A stretch of DNA of 64,000 nucleotides from Meyerozyma guilliermondii (Eukaryota): contig CP128815.1 in NCBI GenBank assembly GCA_051546255.1, positions 1 through 64,000 on the forward strand, written 5' to 3'. Each line of letters opens with the position of its first letter. Position 1 is the stretch's first letter. Below the pieces are notes generated by a model. That model was not told where the DNA came from and ran no database searches. It saw only the letters and a list, made by a program, of their open reading frames with translations. Below are positions 24,801-35,985 of the stretch, piece by piece. The translations under genes and the position numbers were made by a program.

Positions 24801-26379
24801 GGATATGACCACCTATGCTGACGCTTTAGTTGGTGTTGCTGGTGAAGGTTTGAATGTGGAGCAACGTAAACGTTTGACCATTGGTGTCGAGTTGGTTGCA
24901 AAGCCTAAATTGTTGTTGTTCTTGGATGAACCTACCTCTGGTCTTGATTCCCAAACTGCCTGGTCTATCTGTCAATTGATGAGAAAGCTTGCTGATCGCG
25001 GACAAGCCATTTTGTGTACTATTCATCAACCATCTGCTATCTTGTTGAAGGAGTTTGACCGTTTGCTTTTCTTGCAAAAGGGTGGAAGAACCGTCTACTT
25101 TGGTGATTTGGGAGAAAACTGTTCGACTTTGATCAACTACTTTGAAAAGTACGGAGCTGATCCTTGTCCAAAGGAAGCAAATCCCGCCGAATGGATGTTG
25201 CAAGTTGTCGGTGCTGCTCCAGGTTCGCATGCCAAGCAAGACTATTACGAGGTGTGGAGAAACTCTACCGAGTACCAGGAAGTTAACAGTGAATTGGACC
25301 ACATGGAAACTGAATTGTCTAAGCTCCCAAGAGACGAATCTCCCGAAGCCCGCAAATCGTATGCCGCTCCAATCTGGACCCAATACTGGTATGTCACCTG
25401 GAGAGTCATTATTCAAAATTGGAGAACTCCCGGTTACATTTACTCGAAATTGTTCTTGGCTCTTTCGTCCGCTTTATTCAATGGTTTCTCGTTTTTCAAG
25501 GCTAACAAGTCGATTCAAGGTTTGAACAATCAAATGTTTGCGGTTTTCATGTACATGGTTCCATTCAACACCTTGGTTCAACAAATGTTAACTTACTTTG
25601 TGAGACAAAGAGAGGTTTATGAAGTAAGAGAAGCACCCTCCAAGACGTTTAGTTGGTTCGCATTTATCACAGGTCAAATCACTTCTGAAATTCCTTTCCA
25701 AGTTGTTGTTGGTACCATAGCATTTTTCTGTTGGTACTACCCAGTTGGTCTTTATCAAAATGCTGTTCCTACTGACACTGTGAACGAACGTGGTGCCTTG
25801 ATGTGGCTACTCTTGACATCTTTCTTCGTTTACACTTCCACCATGGGTCAGATGTGTATTTCTTTCATCGAACTTGCTGACAATGCCGCTAATCTTGCAA
25901 CATTGTTGTTCAGCATGTGTTTGACTTTCTGTGGTGTTTTGGCTACTCCCGAAGCCATGCCTAGATTCTGGATCTTCATGTACAGATGTAACCCATTCAC
26001 ATACTTGATCCAGGGTATTCTTTCCACAGCATTGGCCAACTCAGACGTGGTTTGTGCAAGTCAAGAACTTCTTAAATTCAAGCCAGCCAATGGTCAAAGT
26101 TGTAAGGATTACATGGCACCCTACATTCAAAAAGCAGGAGGATACTTGCTTGACGGCGGATCGACCTTCATGTGTGAATTTTGTCCTACGTCGTCGACCA
26201 ACACTTTCTTGAAGTCTATCAACGCTCTTTACAGCGAAAGATGGAGAAACTTTGGAATCTACATTGCATTCATTGCAATTAATATTCTTTTAACGATTTT
26301 CTTCTACTACTTGGCTAGAGTGCCCAAGGGTAACAGAGAAAAGAAGAAGAAAACTAAACTAATACCATTAATAGATTAA
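21883..26379 (+). CDS. CDR1: PDR-subfamily ABC multidrug transporter (Cdr1-like)
   Basis: GRPGSGCST, VSGGERKRVSIAE, CWDNATRGLD, GSSGAGKTT, LNVEQRKRLTIGVEL, LDEPTSGLD; 1498 aa. Confidence 0.95.
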   Translation: MSPSKEYKDSRYSNANEEVEEYQGFDDAADKSIRELARTITNTSINMSKTKSSEDLIRYLSHMSQVPGVEPYNHEEIEESLNPESDMFNAKFWVKNVRKLFDSDPDYYKPTSLGVAYRDLRAYGIATDSDYQPTVTSALFKLGKDYIRSLRKQDPSIYFDILKNMDAIMKPGEVTVVLGRPGSGCSTLLKTIAAHTYGFHLGEESKITYDGLTMKDIENNFRGDVIYSAETDVHFPHLSVGDTLEFASRLRTPQNRGNVDRETYAKHMASVYMATYGLSHTRNTHVGNDFIRGVSGGERKRVSIAEVSLSGANLQCWDNATRGLDSATALEFIRALKTSATILDSTPLIAIYQCSQDAYDLFDNVVVLYEGRQIFFGKADVAKSYFMEMGYDCPQRQTTADYLTSLTNPEERVVFPGYEDKVPRTSVEFEEYWKKSPQYAALIKEIDEHMAKIEGNNHKEVYHNSHVARQSNHISPRSPYTVSFFMQTKYIMQRNIMRFKGDPSIPIFSVFGQLVMGLIISSVFYNLNQTTSSFYYRGAAMFFAVLFNAFASLLEIMSLFEARPIVEKHKKYALYRPAADALASIITELPVKLTMSMSFNFVFYFMVNFRRNPGRFFFYWLMCGVCTLVMSHMFRSLGAVSTSLAGAMTPATVILLAMVIYTGFVIPTPKMLGWSRWINYINPVGYVFEALMANEFSGRDFECAQFVPAGGPYDSVSLEERVCNTVGLRAGTTLVLGTQYLAEQYEYYNSHKWRNFGIAVAFAIVFLFVYILLTEINKGAMQKGEVVLFLRGSLKKHKRENAAKASHAKDIEAAPTDEKVEMKDHLDSQKYSTDHSSSNILPENANIFHWRNLTYEVKIKSETRVILDHVDGWVKPGQLTALMGSSGAGKTTLLNCLSERVTTGVISDGVRMVNGHSLDSSFQRSIGYVQQQDLHLPTSTVREALRFSAYLRQPNSVSKAEKSDYVEYIIDLLDMTTYADALVGVAGEGLNVEQRKRLTIGVELVAKPKLLLFLDEPTSGLDSQTAWSICQLMRKLADRGQAILCTIHQPSAILLKEFDRLLFLQKGGRTVYFGDLGENCSTLINYFEKYGADPCPKEANPAEWMLQVVGAAPGSHAKQDYYEVWRNSTEYQEVNSELDHMETELSKLPRDESPEARKSYAAPIWTQYWYVTWRVIIQNWRTPGYIYSKLFLALSSALFNGFSFFKANKSIQGLNNQMFAVFMYMVPFNTLVQQMLTYFVRQREVYEVREAPSKTFSWFAFITGQITSEIPFQVVVGTIAFFCWYYPVGLYQNAVPTDTVNERGALMWLLLTSFFVYTSTMGQMCISFIELADNAANLATLLFSMCLTFCGVLATPEAMPRFWIFMYRCNPFTYLIQGILSTALANSDVVCASQELLKFKPANGQSCKDYMAPYIQKAGGYLLDGGSTFMCEFCPTSSTNTFLKSINALYSERWRNFGIYIAFIAINILLTIFFYYLARVPKGNREKKKKTKLIPLID

Positions 26380-27579
26380 ATGTATGCTTTTTAGAATACC
26401 CCACAAAGTCGGCCGAGCCGATAATTTTCGCACCCAAAAAATGCAACTGCAGAAATAAGAGGGAAAAAAGGGAATTTTTTGGATACTCAAAACCACTACG
26501 TGAATTTTAAGCCCAGGCCAGTCATGTGTACTCCATTCGTAACGCTACGCTGAATTCGGTTGTGAGCGTCTTCTACGGCTCGATGCACGATTTTTGACGT
26601 GCATATCTCGACGCAGGCGTATGCACCCTCAGCATCTAAGACTTTGCTTAACTTGAGGATTGATTCGAATGATCCGTAAATTCGCTTGCTATCTGGTAGC
26701 GTCCAAATGAAGTATAGGAGTGACAGCTTGTCGTTTGACTTTTGGACAAATTTATCATGGCCGCAAAATTCGGTGCATACAGTCTACCTAGATGTGAAAG
26801 TTTTCTCGGTTTTTACCACACTTTATCTCTGACTGGCAAATACACTTAGAACAGAGATCAATTTTTCCCGAATCGACTTAAGTGGTTTCAAATCGGAATC
26901 GATGTACGAACTTGGCAATATGCAAGATATTTGGCTGCAAAATGCCGTTTTTGGTTTCGGTTCTCGTACTTGAAACCGAACTAGTCAAATCACCGAGTTC
27001 TGCTGCTTCCAGCGTCAGATGCAATTGATATTCTCTGTTCTCCCACCGCTGTTTCAACTGAACGAAAGAAATGCCGGAATTTTCTGAAATTACAATTTTC
27101 AAGTAAATCTATTTAGTGACGATATATGAAACTTTCAAGAAGAGTCTGTCAAATCTTTCTTCAAATTATACAATACCAGATTGTCGAATCAAAATGATAT
27201 AGAATCAAAACCACGTATCTAGACGAGAACTCGGCTAGAAAATAAGTCTTCACACCCATTCTGGACCAAATGAATGCAATATTGGAATTTAGAAGAATTA
27301 AAAAAATGAAACTGTGGCCAACTTTAAAATGGCACATTACGTCCAGATAGTAATATCCGGAATGACTTGTGTTACTGAGTTTTTCCCTTATTTGACGTAT
27401 AGAATACATGATAGACTTTCCTGGCGGCCAAGTTCCTTTTCTGAAGCTCAAACTATTTTTATCAAGCTGCAACATATGTGCAATATTTTATAGGTTTGAC
27501 GTAAATGTAGTCTAATGGCTGGATCGACTCCTACTCTATACCAAGCTCACAGTACTTGAGCTGAACGTTTAATTTGAGT

Positions 27580-29283
27580 TCATGCCAATGAGATGTTGTA
27601 TGATTTGTTAGAAACAAATGTGTCCCAATCATTTAGCCTGTTTGAGGATTTTCCAGAAATCTTCAAGTCACCCATACTTGTTTCATCAGCGTTGAAAAGA
27701 TCTCTCTTTTTCCATATATGCATCAAGATTTCCTTAACATCTTCAACTTTCCCCAAACAATACGCCTCTATACGGTCCAACATTTGCATAGTTTGGTATC
27801 TAAAGTCGTCACTTTCGGGCATATTAGGTGAAATTTGCGAGCCAGCAATGAACACTGTCCAAAGAAGAGTTGAGACCCATTTGAAGTCATTCTGCAAAAT
27901 TGTGTAGTCCAATATACAGAAGATCTCCTTAACAAGAATTTGCACCTCTATTTGTTCTGGATGAGCATCCAAGAGGCAACATTTAAAGTATAGTAATGTA
28001 GAGAGTCGTTTAGCGTCGCAAGCTAAAAGAAACCCCAATTCTTCAATATTGATTGTCGGATCAATGGGGACATATAAGCACTTTCCCTGACCCAAGTCAC
28101 ATAGATGATGTTCTAATTTGAACCCAAGGTCTGCAGCTTGAAGATTTTGGCCAATAGTATTGCACAAGACGGAATAGTCCCCAGGTTTCATTTGATTCCT
28201 TTCGAAAGACAAGTCGGTGATATCCGAGATTGTATCGACGAGAATCTTGTTACAGCCCATCCACGACACTTTCGATGGGGCTGTGTCTTCAATTATGTCT
28301 TCTAAAGCGAAGAAACTATTATCGTCCTTACAAGCCGTGCGCCCCATACTCTCTTGATAGTTCAACAACTCAAGTGAAAACGATAAAAGTGAAAGTTCGA
28401 GTTCATTATTCGGTCTCTTGAATGTCTGGCATGACAAAATTTGCTTACAGTGCTTCAAGTTAGCACGCCAGAGTTCTTGGCGCCCATCAGCTAGCTCATA
28501 TAGCATGAGTAGAACCAAGGAAAAAAGAGTATCTGTTCCAACTGAAGTTGACGGGCAGATATTTGCACATCCAATCAGCTTGAATGCTGAAGCTAATTCT
28601 GTCCATACATGTTTCTGGTCTTCCTGAGCAATTCTGGAAATGTACTTGGATCCCAATGCCAAAACAAGAACTAGAATATCTGGTTTTTGATGGGCATACT
28701 GGATCAAAAACTTTAGATTGAGTCCCTGTTCAAACACCACTCCCTGTAAGAGCACCGAGCTAAACGCCGAAGTCTTGGAGGAGGAAATAGTGGAAGCTGG
28801 ATTGAGTATTGGAGACACGAATTCAATGTAGTAGTTTAGGGCATAGCTCCAAAGTTGCCAGTCCGCTATGTATCCAGAACCATCTTCGATCCCGTCCAAA
28901 ATCTTGTGTCTTATTCGAACCCTAGGCAGTCCACTAATGAAATCCTGTGGCCGAAAGTTGATGAATTGAAGATTGGCATTTGTTATATTGACATAGTATG
29001 CGGCACGAAATTGCAAGGCAAGTTGTTTTGAAGTTGGTTTGGGTGACGAGTTCTTCTTCCATACACCTTCCCGTCCGAATTTTTTACCAATACTTTCATA
29101 ATCTTCTCGAAAGTGGAGTTTAACTCCATATCGACATTCAAGGCCTTTAGTTAGGCATCGTGAACAAACCGGTTTTTTTTCATCACATTTGGTTCGTTTT
29201 GCTTTGCAGTTGGCACATCCAAAATGTGATCTTTTTGTGAAGCAAGCTCTTTTTTTGGTGCCACTATTCTTTGAAATAACCAT
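27580..29283 (-). CDS. Zn(II)2Cys6 transcription factor, divergent from the fructosyl-amine oxidase gene
   Basis: CANCKAKRTKCDEKKPVCSRCLTKGLEC cluster plus a fungal-specific TF C-terminal region (LLWTVFIAG). Confidence 0.92.
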   Translation of the reverse strand: MVISKNSGTKKRACFTKRSHFGCANCKAKRTKCDEKKPVCSRCLTKGLECRYGVKLHFREDYESIGKKFGREGVWKKNSSPKPTSKQLALQFRAAYYVNITNANLQFINFRPQDFISGLPRVRIRHKILDGIEDGSGYIADWQLWSYALNYYIEFVSPILNPASTISSSKTSAFSSVLLQGVVFEQGLNLKFLIQYAHQKPDILVLVLALGSKYISRIAQEDQKHVWTELASAFKLIGCANICPSTSVGTDTLFSLVLLMLYELADGRQELWRANLKHCKQILSCQTFKRPNNELELSLLSFSLELLNYQESMGRTACKDDNSFFALEDIIEDTAPSKVSWMGCNKILVDTISDITDLSFERNQMKPGDYSVLCNTIGQNLQAADLGFKLEHHLCDLGQGKCLYVPIDPTINIEELGFLLACDAKRLSTLLYFKCCLLDAHPEQIEVQILVKEIFCILDYTILQNDFKWVSTLLWTVFIAGSQISPNMPESDDFRYQTMQMLDRIEAYCLGKVEDVKEILMHIWKKRDLFNADETSMGDLKISGKSSNRLNDWDTFVSNKSYNISLA

Positions 29284-29664
29284 ATGAGAAGAATTACGAT
29301 AAGATGCCGCACCAAAATCGCAAAATCGAAAACCTAATCGGGAACTAAATCTGAATAGTCGCGCTTGCCTAATTGAGCGAGTAGATCTGAGATCTGAGAT
29401 CTAGGCAGATCTAGTCAGTGGTATTTGTAAGCCGAATCTACTTGAATCTTATGATGTGGGGTCACTTCGGATTGAGGGGTACACATTTTGGGACATGAAT
29501 TCAAAAATAGTTATTCAATATCGATAATTTTCAAAATTAACCTCACAATCGTTGGCTGCAAAATTCAATAACTCAAAAGTAAAGCCAATTCTCATTGAAA
29601 AACAAGTCTCAGTCAACTCAAATTACCTTGACTAATTTAATCTAATTTCTAAGTTTCGAAAACT

Positions 29665-29745
29665 GCGGCGGGGCGGTTTGGAGCGGTTTGCGGCAGATTT
29701 TGTTTGGGATGTTCCCCATACAGGAAGCTACCCGCACCGCACCGG
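29665..29745. promoter_or_regulatory. Cluster of CGG/CCG triplets upstream of the FAOD TATA box (candidate Zn2Cys6 sites)
   Basis: gcggcggggcggtttggagcggtttgcggc and ccgcaccgcaccgg in an otherwise AT-rich promoter; TATATAAAA at about 29774. Confidence 0.4.
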
Positions 29746-29805
29746 ATCCACCTTCCTCGTCACTTTGGTAGGGTATATAAAAGAAGTCCATGGCTCTGGA
29801 TCATC

Positions 29806-31089
29806 ATGGAGTCGATAATTATAGTTGGTGCCGGTACTTTTGGGCTTTCCACAGCCTTACAGCTTGCCAGAGATGGATACAAGAACATAAAATGTTTTGA
29901 CAAGTTTCCGGTTCCATCTGAGATAGCTGCTGGAAACGACAGTAACAAGATTTTTCACTACGATTATGTTGCTCCCCTGGCTAAACCCAATTCAAAAGAA
30001 CGGTTGAGTCTCGAAGCATTACACCTTTGGAAGACAGATCCGGTGTACAAACCGTACTATCATCCGGTAGGATTTATCCTGGCTGCAAGTTCCGATGCTC
30101 CATTACTGCATGATAAGGAATACTATGAAGAGTTGCAAAAAAACGGACTTCGCAATTATCGTTATATTTCAACTCCCGAGGAGTTTCGTGAGTATTTGCC
30201 CATTTTAAAGGGCCCGTTACCCAACTGGAGAGGATATGTTCTCGACGGAGATAACGGATGGTTGCATGCTCGAGACTCATTGAAAAGTGCATACGAAGAA
30301 TGCAAACGATTGGGAGTGGAATTTGTGTTTGGAGACGATGGGGAAATTGTCGAATTACTTAACGAAAATGGAAAGTTGACGGGAATTAGGGCCAGATCTG
30401 GTGCCATATTCTCGGCACAAAAATATGTTCTCAGCTCTGGTGCAAATGCAGTAACGTTGTTAAATTTCCAGAGACAGCTAGAAGGTAAATGTTTCACTTT
30501 GGCACATTTCAAAGTGACGGATGAAGAAGCTAAAGCATTTAAAAGCTTGCCGGTCCTTTTCAATGCCGAAAAAGGGTTTTTTTTCGAGGCTGATGAAAAT
30601 AACGAAATCAAAATTTGCAACGAGTACCCTGGATTTACCCACACAAATGAATCCGGAGAGTCTATCCCACTCTACCGGATGGAGATTCCACTCGAGTCAG
30701 CACTTGAAATTAGACAATACTTGAAAGAAACCATGCCTCAGTTTGCTGATAGACCTTTCACCAAGACAAGAATTTGTTGGTGTACCGACTCTCCCGACAT
30801 GCAATTGATCTTGTGTACTCACCCAGAATACACCAACCTTATTGTAGCATCGGGTGACTCTGGAAATTCGTTCAAGATCATGCCAATCATTGGCAAATAT
30901 GTCAGCAAGGTTGTTACCAAAGGTGATAAAGGATTGGATCCGGAAGATAAAGAATGCTGGAAATGGCGTCCTGAGACTTGGGACAAGCGGGGGCAGGTCC
31001 GCTGGGGTGGTCGATACCGTGTTGCGGATTTGAACGAAATTGAAGAATGGGTTTCTGTTGAAAATCCCACACCACACAAACTAGAATAA
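29806..31089 (+). CDS. Fructosyl-amine (fructosyl amino acid) oxidase / amadoriase, 427 aa
   Basis: IIIVGAGTFGLSTAL, AAGNDSNKI, RICWCTDSPD, ASGDSGNSFK, WKWRPE. From ATG 29806 the length and His51/Asn354 match my recollection of Pichia sp. N1-1 FAOD. Confidence 0.93.
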   Translation: MESIIIVGAGTFGLSTALQLARDGYKNIKCFDKFPVPSEIAAGNDSNKIFHYDYVAPLAKPNSKERLSLEALHLWKTDPVYKPYYHPVGFILAASSDAPLLHDKEYYEELQKNGLRNYRYISTPEEFREYLPILKGPLPNWRGYVLDGDNGWLHARDSLKSAYEECKRLGVEFVFGDDGEIVELLNENGKLTGIRARSGAIFSAQKYVLSSGANAVTLLNFQRQLEGKCFTLAHFKVTDEEAKAFKSLPVLFNAEKGFFFEADENNEIKICNEYPGFTHTNESGESIPLYRMEIPLESALEIRQYLKETMPQFADRPFTKTRICWCTDSPDMQLILCTHPEYTNLIVASGDSGNSFKIMPIIGKYVSKVVTKGDKGLDPEDKECWKWRPETWDKRGQVRWGGRYRVADLNEIEEWVSVENPTPHKLE

Positions 31090-31538
31090 AAACAAGATTA
31101 CAACATACATGTCTAAAATCAATATATGTCTACCAACAATAGATCTCTACAAACAATAATTATCTCGATTTATGATTCCTTCTGGGTAAATGGTGATATC
31201 TTTTTGGTACTATTTAGCACAATCAATTAGTAAATTATCTATACTTATCTCGGCGTCAGTTGCCTTTAAATGATGTGGGGTTCTTACTAATGCAAAGCTA
31301 GAAGGTCGATAATTCTTGCCAATTATGTTCATTCTTGGAGATAATTGGCACTGCCATCCGTTTCGGCTCTCCTCCACCTTCTGCTGATTTCGCAACCAAT
31401 TGAATTCGCAGCCGATTGCGCATTGATAAGGATACATGCAGTACATCGAATTGGGCGGAGGTTCGTTAGGAAGGTCGAGTCGCGAGCGCGGAATTGACAC
31501 TTCCAGTATAAAATGGACCAACTTTGGTGGTTGCTCTA

Positions 31539-33167
31539 ATGAGCTTTGAAACGGAAAAAAAGAACCAGCTGGTAGAGGTTGATATAGAAGAAATAAATTC
31601 CCAAGCTCCCGCTTTGGTTGTGCAAAATAAAGACGGAGAAGAATTGAAGCGTGCCCAAATTGTCGATCAACCAACAACTACAAAATGGGAAGTTTTCATG
31701 TATGCACTCTACTACTTTGGAAATAATGCTACTGGTCCTAATCACTTTACTCCTACGCAATATCAAAACTTGTTGAGTCAATCTGGTTGGATAAAAGGAA
31801 AATCAAATGTTTCATGCTCGGATGATCCAAATGGACTGTGTGTGGTATCTTTTGCCGGCACAGTCAAGACGGTGAATTCGGTTGTCTTGATAAATCTGGG
31901 CATCGGATTTGCGTTACAGTCGGTGGTTTTCTTGTTCCTTGGAGGGTTGTCTGATTATGGCCAGTTCGGTTCATGGGTACTCGTTGCCCTTTCTGTTTTG
32001 AGCTGGGGAGTTCAATTTGGTTTCTTGGGTGTACATGACGGAAGCAAACATCAAGCAGCTTTCGCATTGAGTATACTTTCTGCTTTAGGGTATCAAGGAT
32101 GTCAATCATTTTGGACTGCGATGTTTCCACGGTTGGCAAGAAATTTGCCCAAGACAAGAGCCGCTGAAGAAAAAATGCTTAACGGTTCAATCCTGGAATC
32201 TGAATACCATAAGGTGGACTCATACTATCGTAACAAAATCACAAACTACAGTCTTGCTTTTTCCATGTTGGGTTTCACCCTCGTGAGTGCCATTTCTGTT
32301 GGAATCTTAAAGTCGTTGGATTCTACTGCCAATCAAGCAAATAATAATTGGGCTATGTCTGTGTGTATAATGTTTGCAACCGTTTGGTGGATGGTGTTTG
32401 GTATTCCGTGGTTTTTCGCCGAAAAGAAAAGAGTCAATGAAAAGTTACCTGAAGGTGTGAGCTACTTGAGCTTGCCATTCAAACAATTGGGATATGCATT
32501 CAAGAGCTTTCTGAAATTGAAGCAAACTGCGTTATACTTGTTCTCTTACTGGATGTTAGGTGACGGTTTGAATACTGCTATTAGTCTTCAATCAACTATT
32601 CAAAACGAAGTGATTTCTTACGATATGGTCACTTCCATGTATTTGAATATGATCAATGGTGGTACCAATATTTTAGGTACGATATTGTTTTGGTGGTTCC
32701 AGAAAACTTTTAAAGTCTCCACAAGAAACATGTACATTATTTGTTCCGTTTTCATCACTTTGTTCCCAATTTATGGATTGATTGGAACGTGGACAAACAA
32801 GATTGGTTTCCACAACATATGGGAAGTTTGGTTTTATAACGCTTACTTTGGTATATTCATTGGTCCCTATTATGCATACTCATCTACGATGATGAGTGAA
32901 GTTTGTCCAAGAGGTAAAGAATTTGTGTTTTTTGCTATTTTTAGCACCATTAACAAGACTTCCAGCTTCATTGGACCTTTTGTTTCTTCCGCCATCATTG
33001 ACGACACAGGAAATAATAATAGTGGATTTTCATTCCTAGTGGCCCTTTGCTGTGTGTCATTGGCATCTTCATTTTTCTTGAACGAAGACAATGCAAGAGT
33101 TCAAGCTGAGGAGTTCTTACTTGAAGAGAAAAAGCGCATAGCGAATGGTGAATCGCTCGTGTTCTGA
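31539..33167 (+). CDS. ATG22-like MFS transporter, copy A (542 aa)
   Basis: About 12 TMs; GGLSDYG, FWTAMFPRLARN, GDGLNT, SEVCPRG.EF.FF..FS.INK.SSFIGP. First ATG at 31539. Confidence 0.85.
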   Translation: MSFETEKKNQLVEVDIEEINSQAPALVVQNKDGEELKRAQIVDQPTTTKWEVFMYALYYFGNNATGPNHFTPTQYQNLLSQSGWIKGKSNVSCSDDPNGLCVVSFAGTVKTVNSVVLINLGIGFALQSVVFLFLGGLSDYGQFGSWVLVALSVLSWGVQFGFLGVHDGSKHQAAFALSILSALGYQGCQSFWTAMFPRLARNLPKTRAAEEKMLNGSILESEYHKVDSYYRNKITNYSLAFSMLGFTLVSAISVGILKSLDSTANQANNNWAMSVCIMFATVWWMVFGIPWFFAEKKRVNEKLPEGVSYLSLPFKQLGYAFKSFLKLKQTALYLFSYWMLGDGLNTAISLQSTIQNEVISYDMVTSMYLNMINGGTNILGTILFWWFQKTFKVSTRNMYIICSVFITLFPIYGLIGTWTNKIGFHNIWEVWFYNAYFGIFIGPYYAYSSTMMSEVCPRGKEFVFFAIFSTINKTSSFIGPFVSSAIIDDTGNNNSGFSFLVALCCVSLASSFFLNEDNARVQAEEFLLEEKKRIANGESLVF

Positions 33168-33483
33168 TTTATATAGTTATTTTCAATTGATTACACTGGT
33201 GCATCTCACCTTTATGGTGGATGAACAACACTTTAGACTTCAGTACTATTCTTACAATTCACCAGGTTGCAACCGATTCAATGCACCAGTGCACCAGCAT
33301 CTGATACGTTGCAGAGGAACTGTAAGAGGTGCTGATTATAGCACAATTATAATGTTTGCTTGTTATTCTGCGCTCTGAGGGATTGCTGGTCGGTGCCAAT
33401 TCTCCTTCCATGTGCTTTCCTCTTCTATCACTGTGTCATTTGCAACTCTACGAATGGCTGCAAAATTTGCTAATTTCATAATT

Positions 33484-33590
33484 CTACGAACACCATTCTG
33501 TGGGATTATATAAGTCCCTTGTCCTCCTTGGTTTTCATCTGAGTAACGCAAAGGAGGCTATAAATCAATTCTAAATTGGGGCAAGAAACA
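33484..33590 (-). pseudogene. Truncated, decayed 3' end of the ketopantoate-reductase-like gene
   Basis: Near-identical to 39584-39713 (e.g. ccttggttttcatctga, taaatcaattctaaattggggcaagaaaca) with an internal deletion. Confidence 0.85.
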
Positions 33591-34042
33591 GCTACGAAAA
33601 TACAGAATTCTGTTTCCTACAGAATAACATTGGGATTTGTGGTTGCATCATCGCCTGAATTAGCAGGTGCTATATTTCAACATCAGGTTTTTACCACTTC
33701 TCTATGTGGAGTCTATGCTACTACCTGTGATTAAGTTTCATCACGCTTGGAAAGAAGTTACCCTTTACATCCTAGGTGCCTCTGGTATTAGATATCATAT
33801 ACGAGCTCTCCGCAAATGAAAGGTCACGTAATGTCATTATTGTTATTCGCATCCGCCACTTCGGTTGCAATATCTCAAGCGCTGAAAGACTCCTACTTCA
33901 TTTGCAGCTTGTGCAATTGCTGGATTTGTTTCTGGACTCTTTTGGTTCCAAATTCGCAACCTTGATAGGTTCTCAGTTTGTCGTATCACCTTCCTATTTG
34001 GGAACTTGCCTACGCAAGTGAAAACTACTCGATTGTTTCATA

Positions 34043-35966
34043 ATGAAAAGAATACGTCGAGGAACCAAACGCGGAGGATGCTTGGCTTGCAAGAAACGAA
34101 AGTAGGTATAGTGTTATGTCTTTAAGAATGTGGATTTTAACCTTACAGTAAACAATGTGACTACAATACGAAAAAAAATGCTTGTTCCTTTTGTTTGCGA
34201 GTTAACATTCCATGCGAAAGACCTGGCTTTAGTGTAATTGCATACAATGGAAACAAAAAGAAGGAGCCAATTAGTCTCAAGTTCAACCCGCTAAATAATC
34301 AGCAAAGAATAAATTTTGAGCTTTGCAATGAAATCATTAGCGATTATTTATCTTCAGCCAATCGGTGTGATTTAACTTCATTTACCATAATAACCCCGGG
34401 CATCGAAAGTATCTACGAAAGAAGTTTAACATTCTCCGAACATTTGATTTTGTATGAAAAAACTAGAGAAATTCCTCTTGTTGATGATAAAACGTCTATC
34501 GAAAGGTCTACCAAAACCGCATTTGGCATTCAAAGTGCAAACGAACTACCTCATAGGATAGCAACTTCTAAGAAGAGGATTTACCTGGAACCTAGAATTG
34601 AATTTGTGTCTGACAAAGTACCTGCGGATATTCTGAATCACGATTTACGTGATATCGATACTGGCAATTTTATCAATGAATTATTCATACAAATGCCAGC
34701 TTTAAAACTGCAAAAATTACATGTACCCAATTACATTTCTTTACAATCTGCAAGTGCATTATTCAACAGCTTTTGTTTGGAATTTCCTCAGGAAACTTGC
34801 AAACTATTCTATGCAACTTGTGATGAGAATTCAATTGCATATCGTGATTTCACCAAGCTATCTTTGAAGGTTTATATTTCGCTTGCATTCAGCAATATTA
34901 CAGTATTCAAGGCTCTCCTATATTGGTCAGCCTCATACTTCCAGCTGAAGGAGAAATCTGTTGAAGAATCACTTCTATCGAAGCTTATGAACGACATTGT
35001 TCAAGACATGAACAAAAGATTGATTTACAAATCTTCTGCCTGTTGTGATCATATGATCGCAATAGTGTGTATTTTGTTTGAAGTGGAAAATTTGAAACAG
35101 CAAGTGGACTCCAAATTTTGGTTGAAGCTTACGGGCTTGGCCATTAAAATACTTTCAATGAGAGGAGGCGTCGATCAACTAAGTAAAACGAATATGGGTT
35201 TTTCTTTGCGAGATTATTTGGAACATATTTCTTTACTAGATTCGGGTTTAATCTCTTGGATCATGAAATGCAAAGGTTTAACATACAAGACATGCAATCG
35301 ATATACATGTTACCTGCCGCTTCCAATCCAAATTCATATTATAAGTGTATGAAGAGCATTTGTTCTGTTGTTGGTGAGTCCTTACATCTTTACAACTTGA
35401 AGAAGGTCGCCATAAATGCCGATGATCTTAATGAGCTGTTAGGATATAACCATTACCAGAACATTGAAACTGTGATCAAAGATGCGAAGTTTCTATTAAA
35501 ACAATTGAGTTCAATAGATGTTCCTGATGATGATTCTGAGATAATGAGAATCGATTCTCATATAATGAGACGCATTGCAGAGTTCTCAAAAGAGGCAACA
35601 GTCCTATTGATATATCAGTTGATATACAATAATTCATCTAGGACAACCACAACTTTGCTTCAAGTTATGAAGATGATACCTTTACTTCGAGAATTGTTTG
35701 AATTGTATCATTCAAATCAAAACTCCACGCAAGTACTTTTAATACTTCCTATTTTTGTTCTTGGTTGTAACCTTTATAAACATTCTTATCGGAGGTGGTT
35801 CATTGAAAATATTGACCGGATTTATTTGAAAACAAAAACTGCTAAAATTTTGACTGTTAAAACATTGGTTAAAAAAGTGTGGACCTTGGACGATAATGGT
35901 AATAAACCAGTACAATGGCCGGAAATAAGTGAGCACGAGGGACTATTATTGCCTTTTTATATCTAA
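34043..35966 (+). CDS. Zn(II)2Cys6 transcription factor with a 47-nt intron (34102-34148) and a single-base frameshift near 35199-35203
   Basis: Splicing GTAGGT...TTTAAC..TACAG gives CLACKKRNKQCDYNTKKNACSFCLRVNIPC in frame with ORF 34195. Adding one T in the T5 run joins ORF 34195-35352 to ORF 35256-35966 (..MGFFFARLFG..LILPIFVLGC..). Confidence 0.85.
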
Positions 35967-35985
35967 AATGTTCGTCTTTTCTCAC

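Noticed and set aside
21886..25416. Long antisense ORFs (283 and 196 aa) inside CDR1, and similar ones inside other genes
   Set aside because: Shadow ORFs caused by codon bias of the sense gene.
26400..27570. 1.2-kb gap between convergent genes, with 74- and 104-aa ORFs
   Set aside because: No motifs or homology that I can identify.
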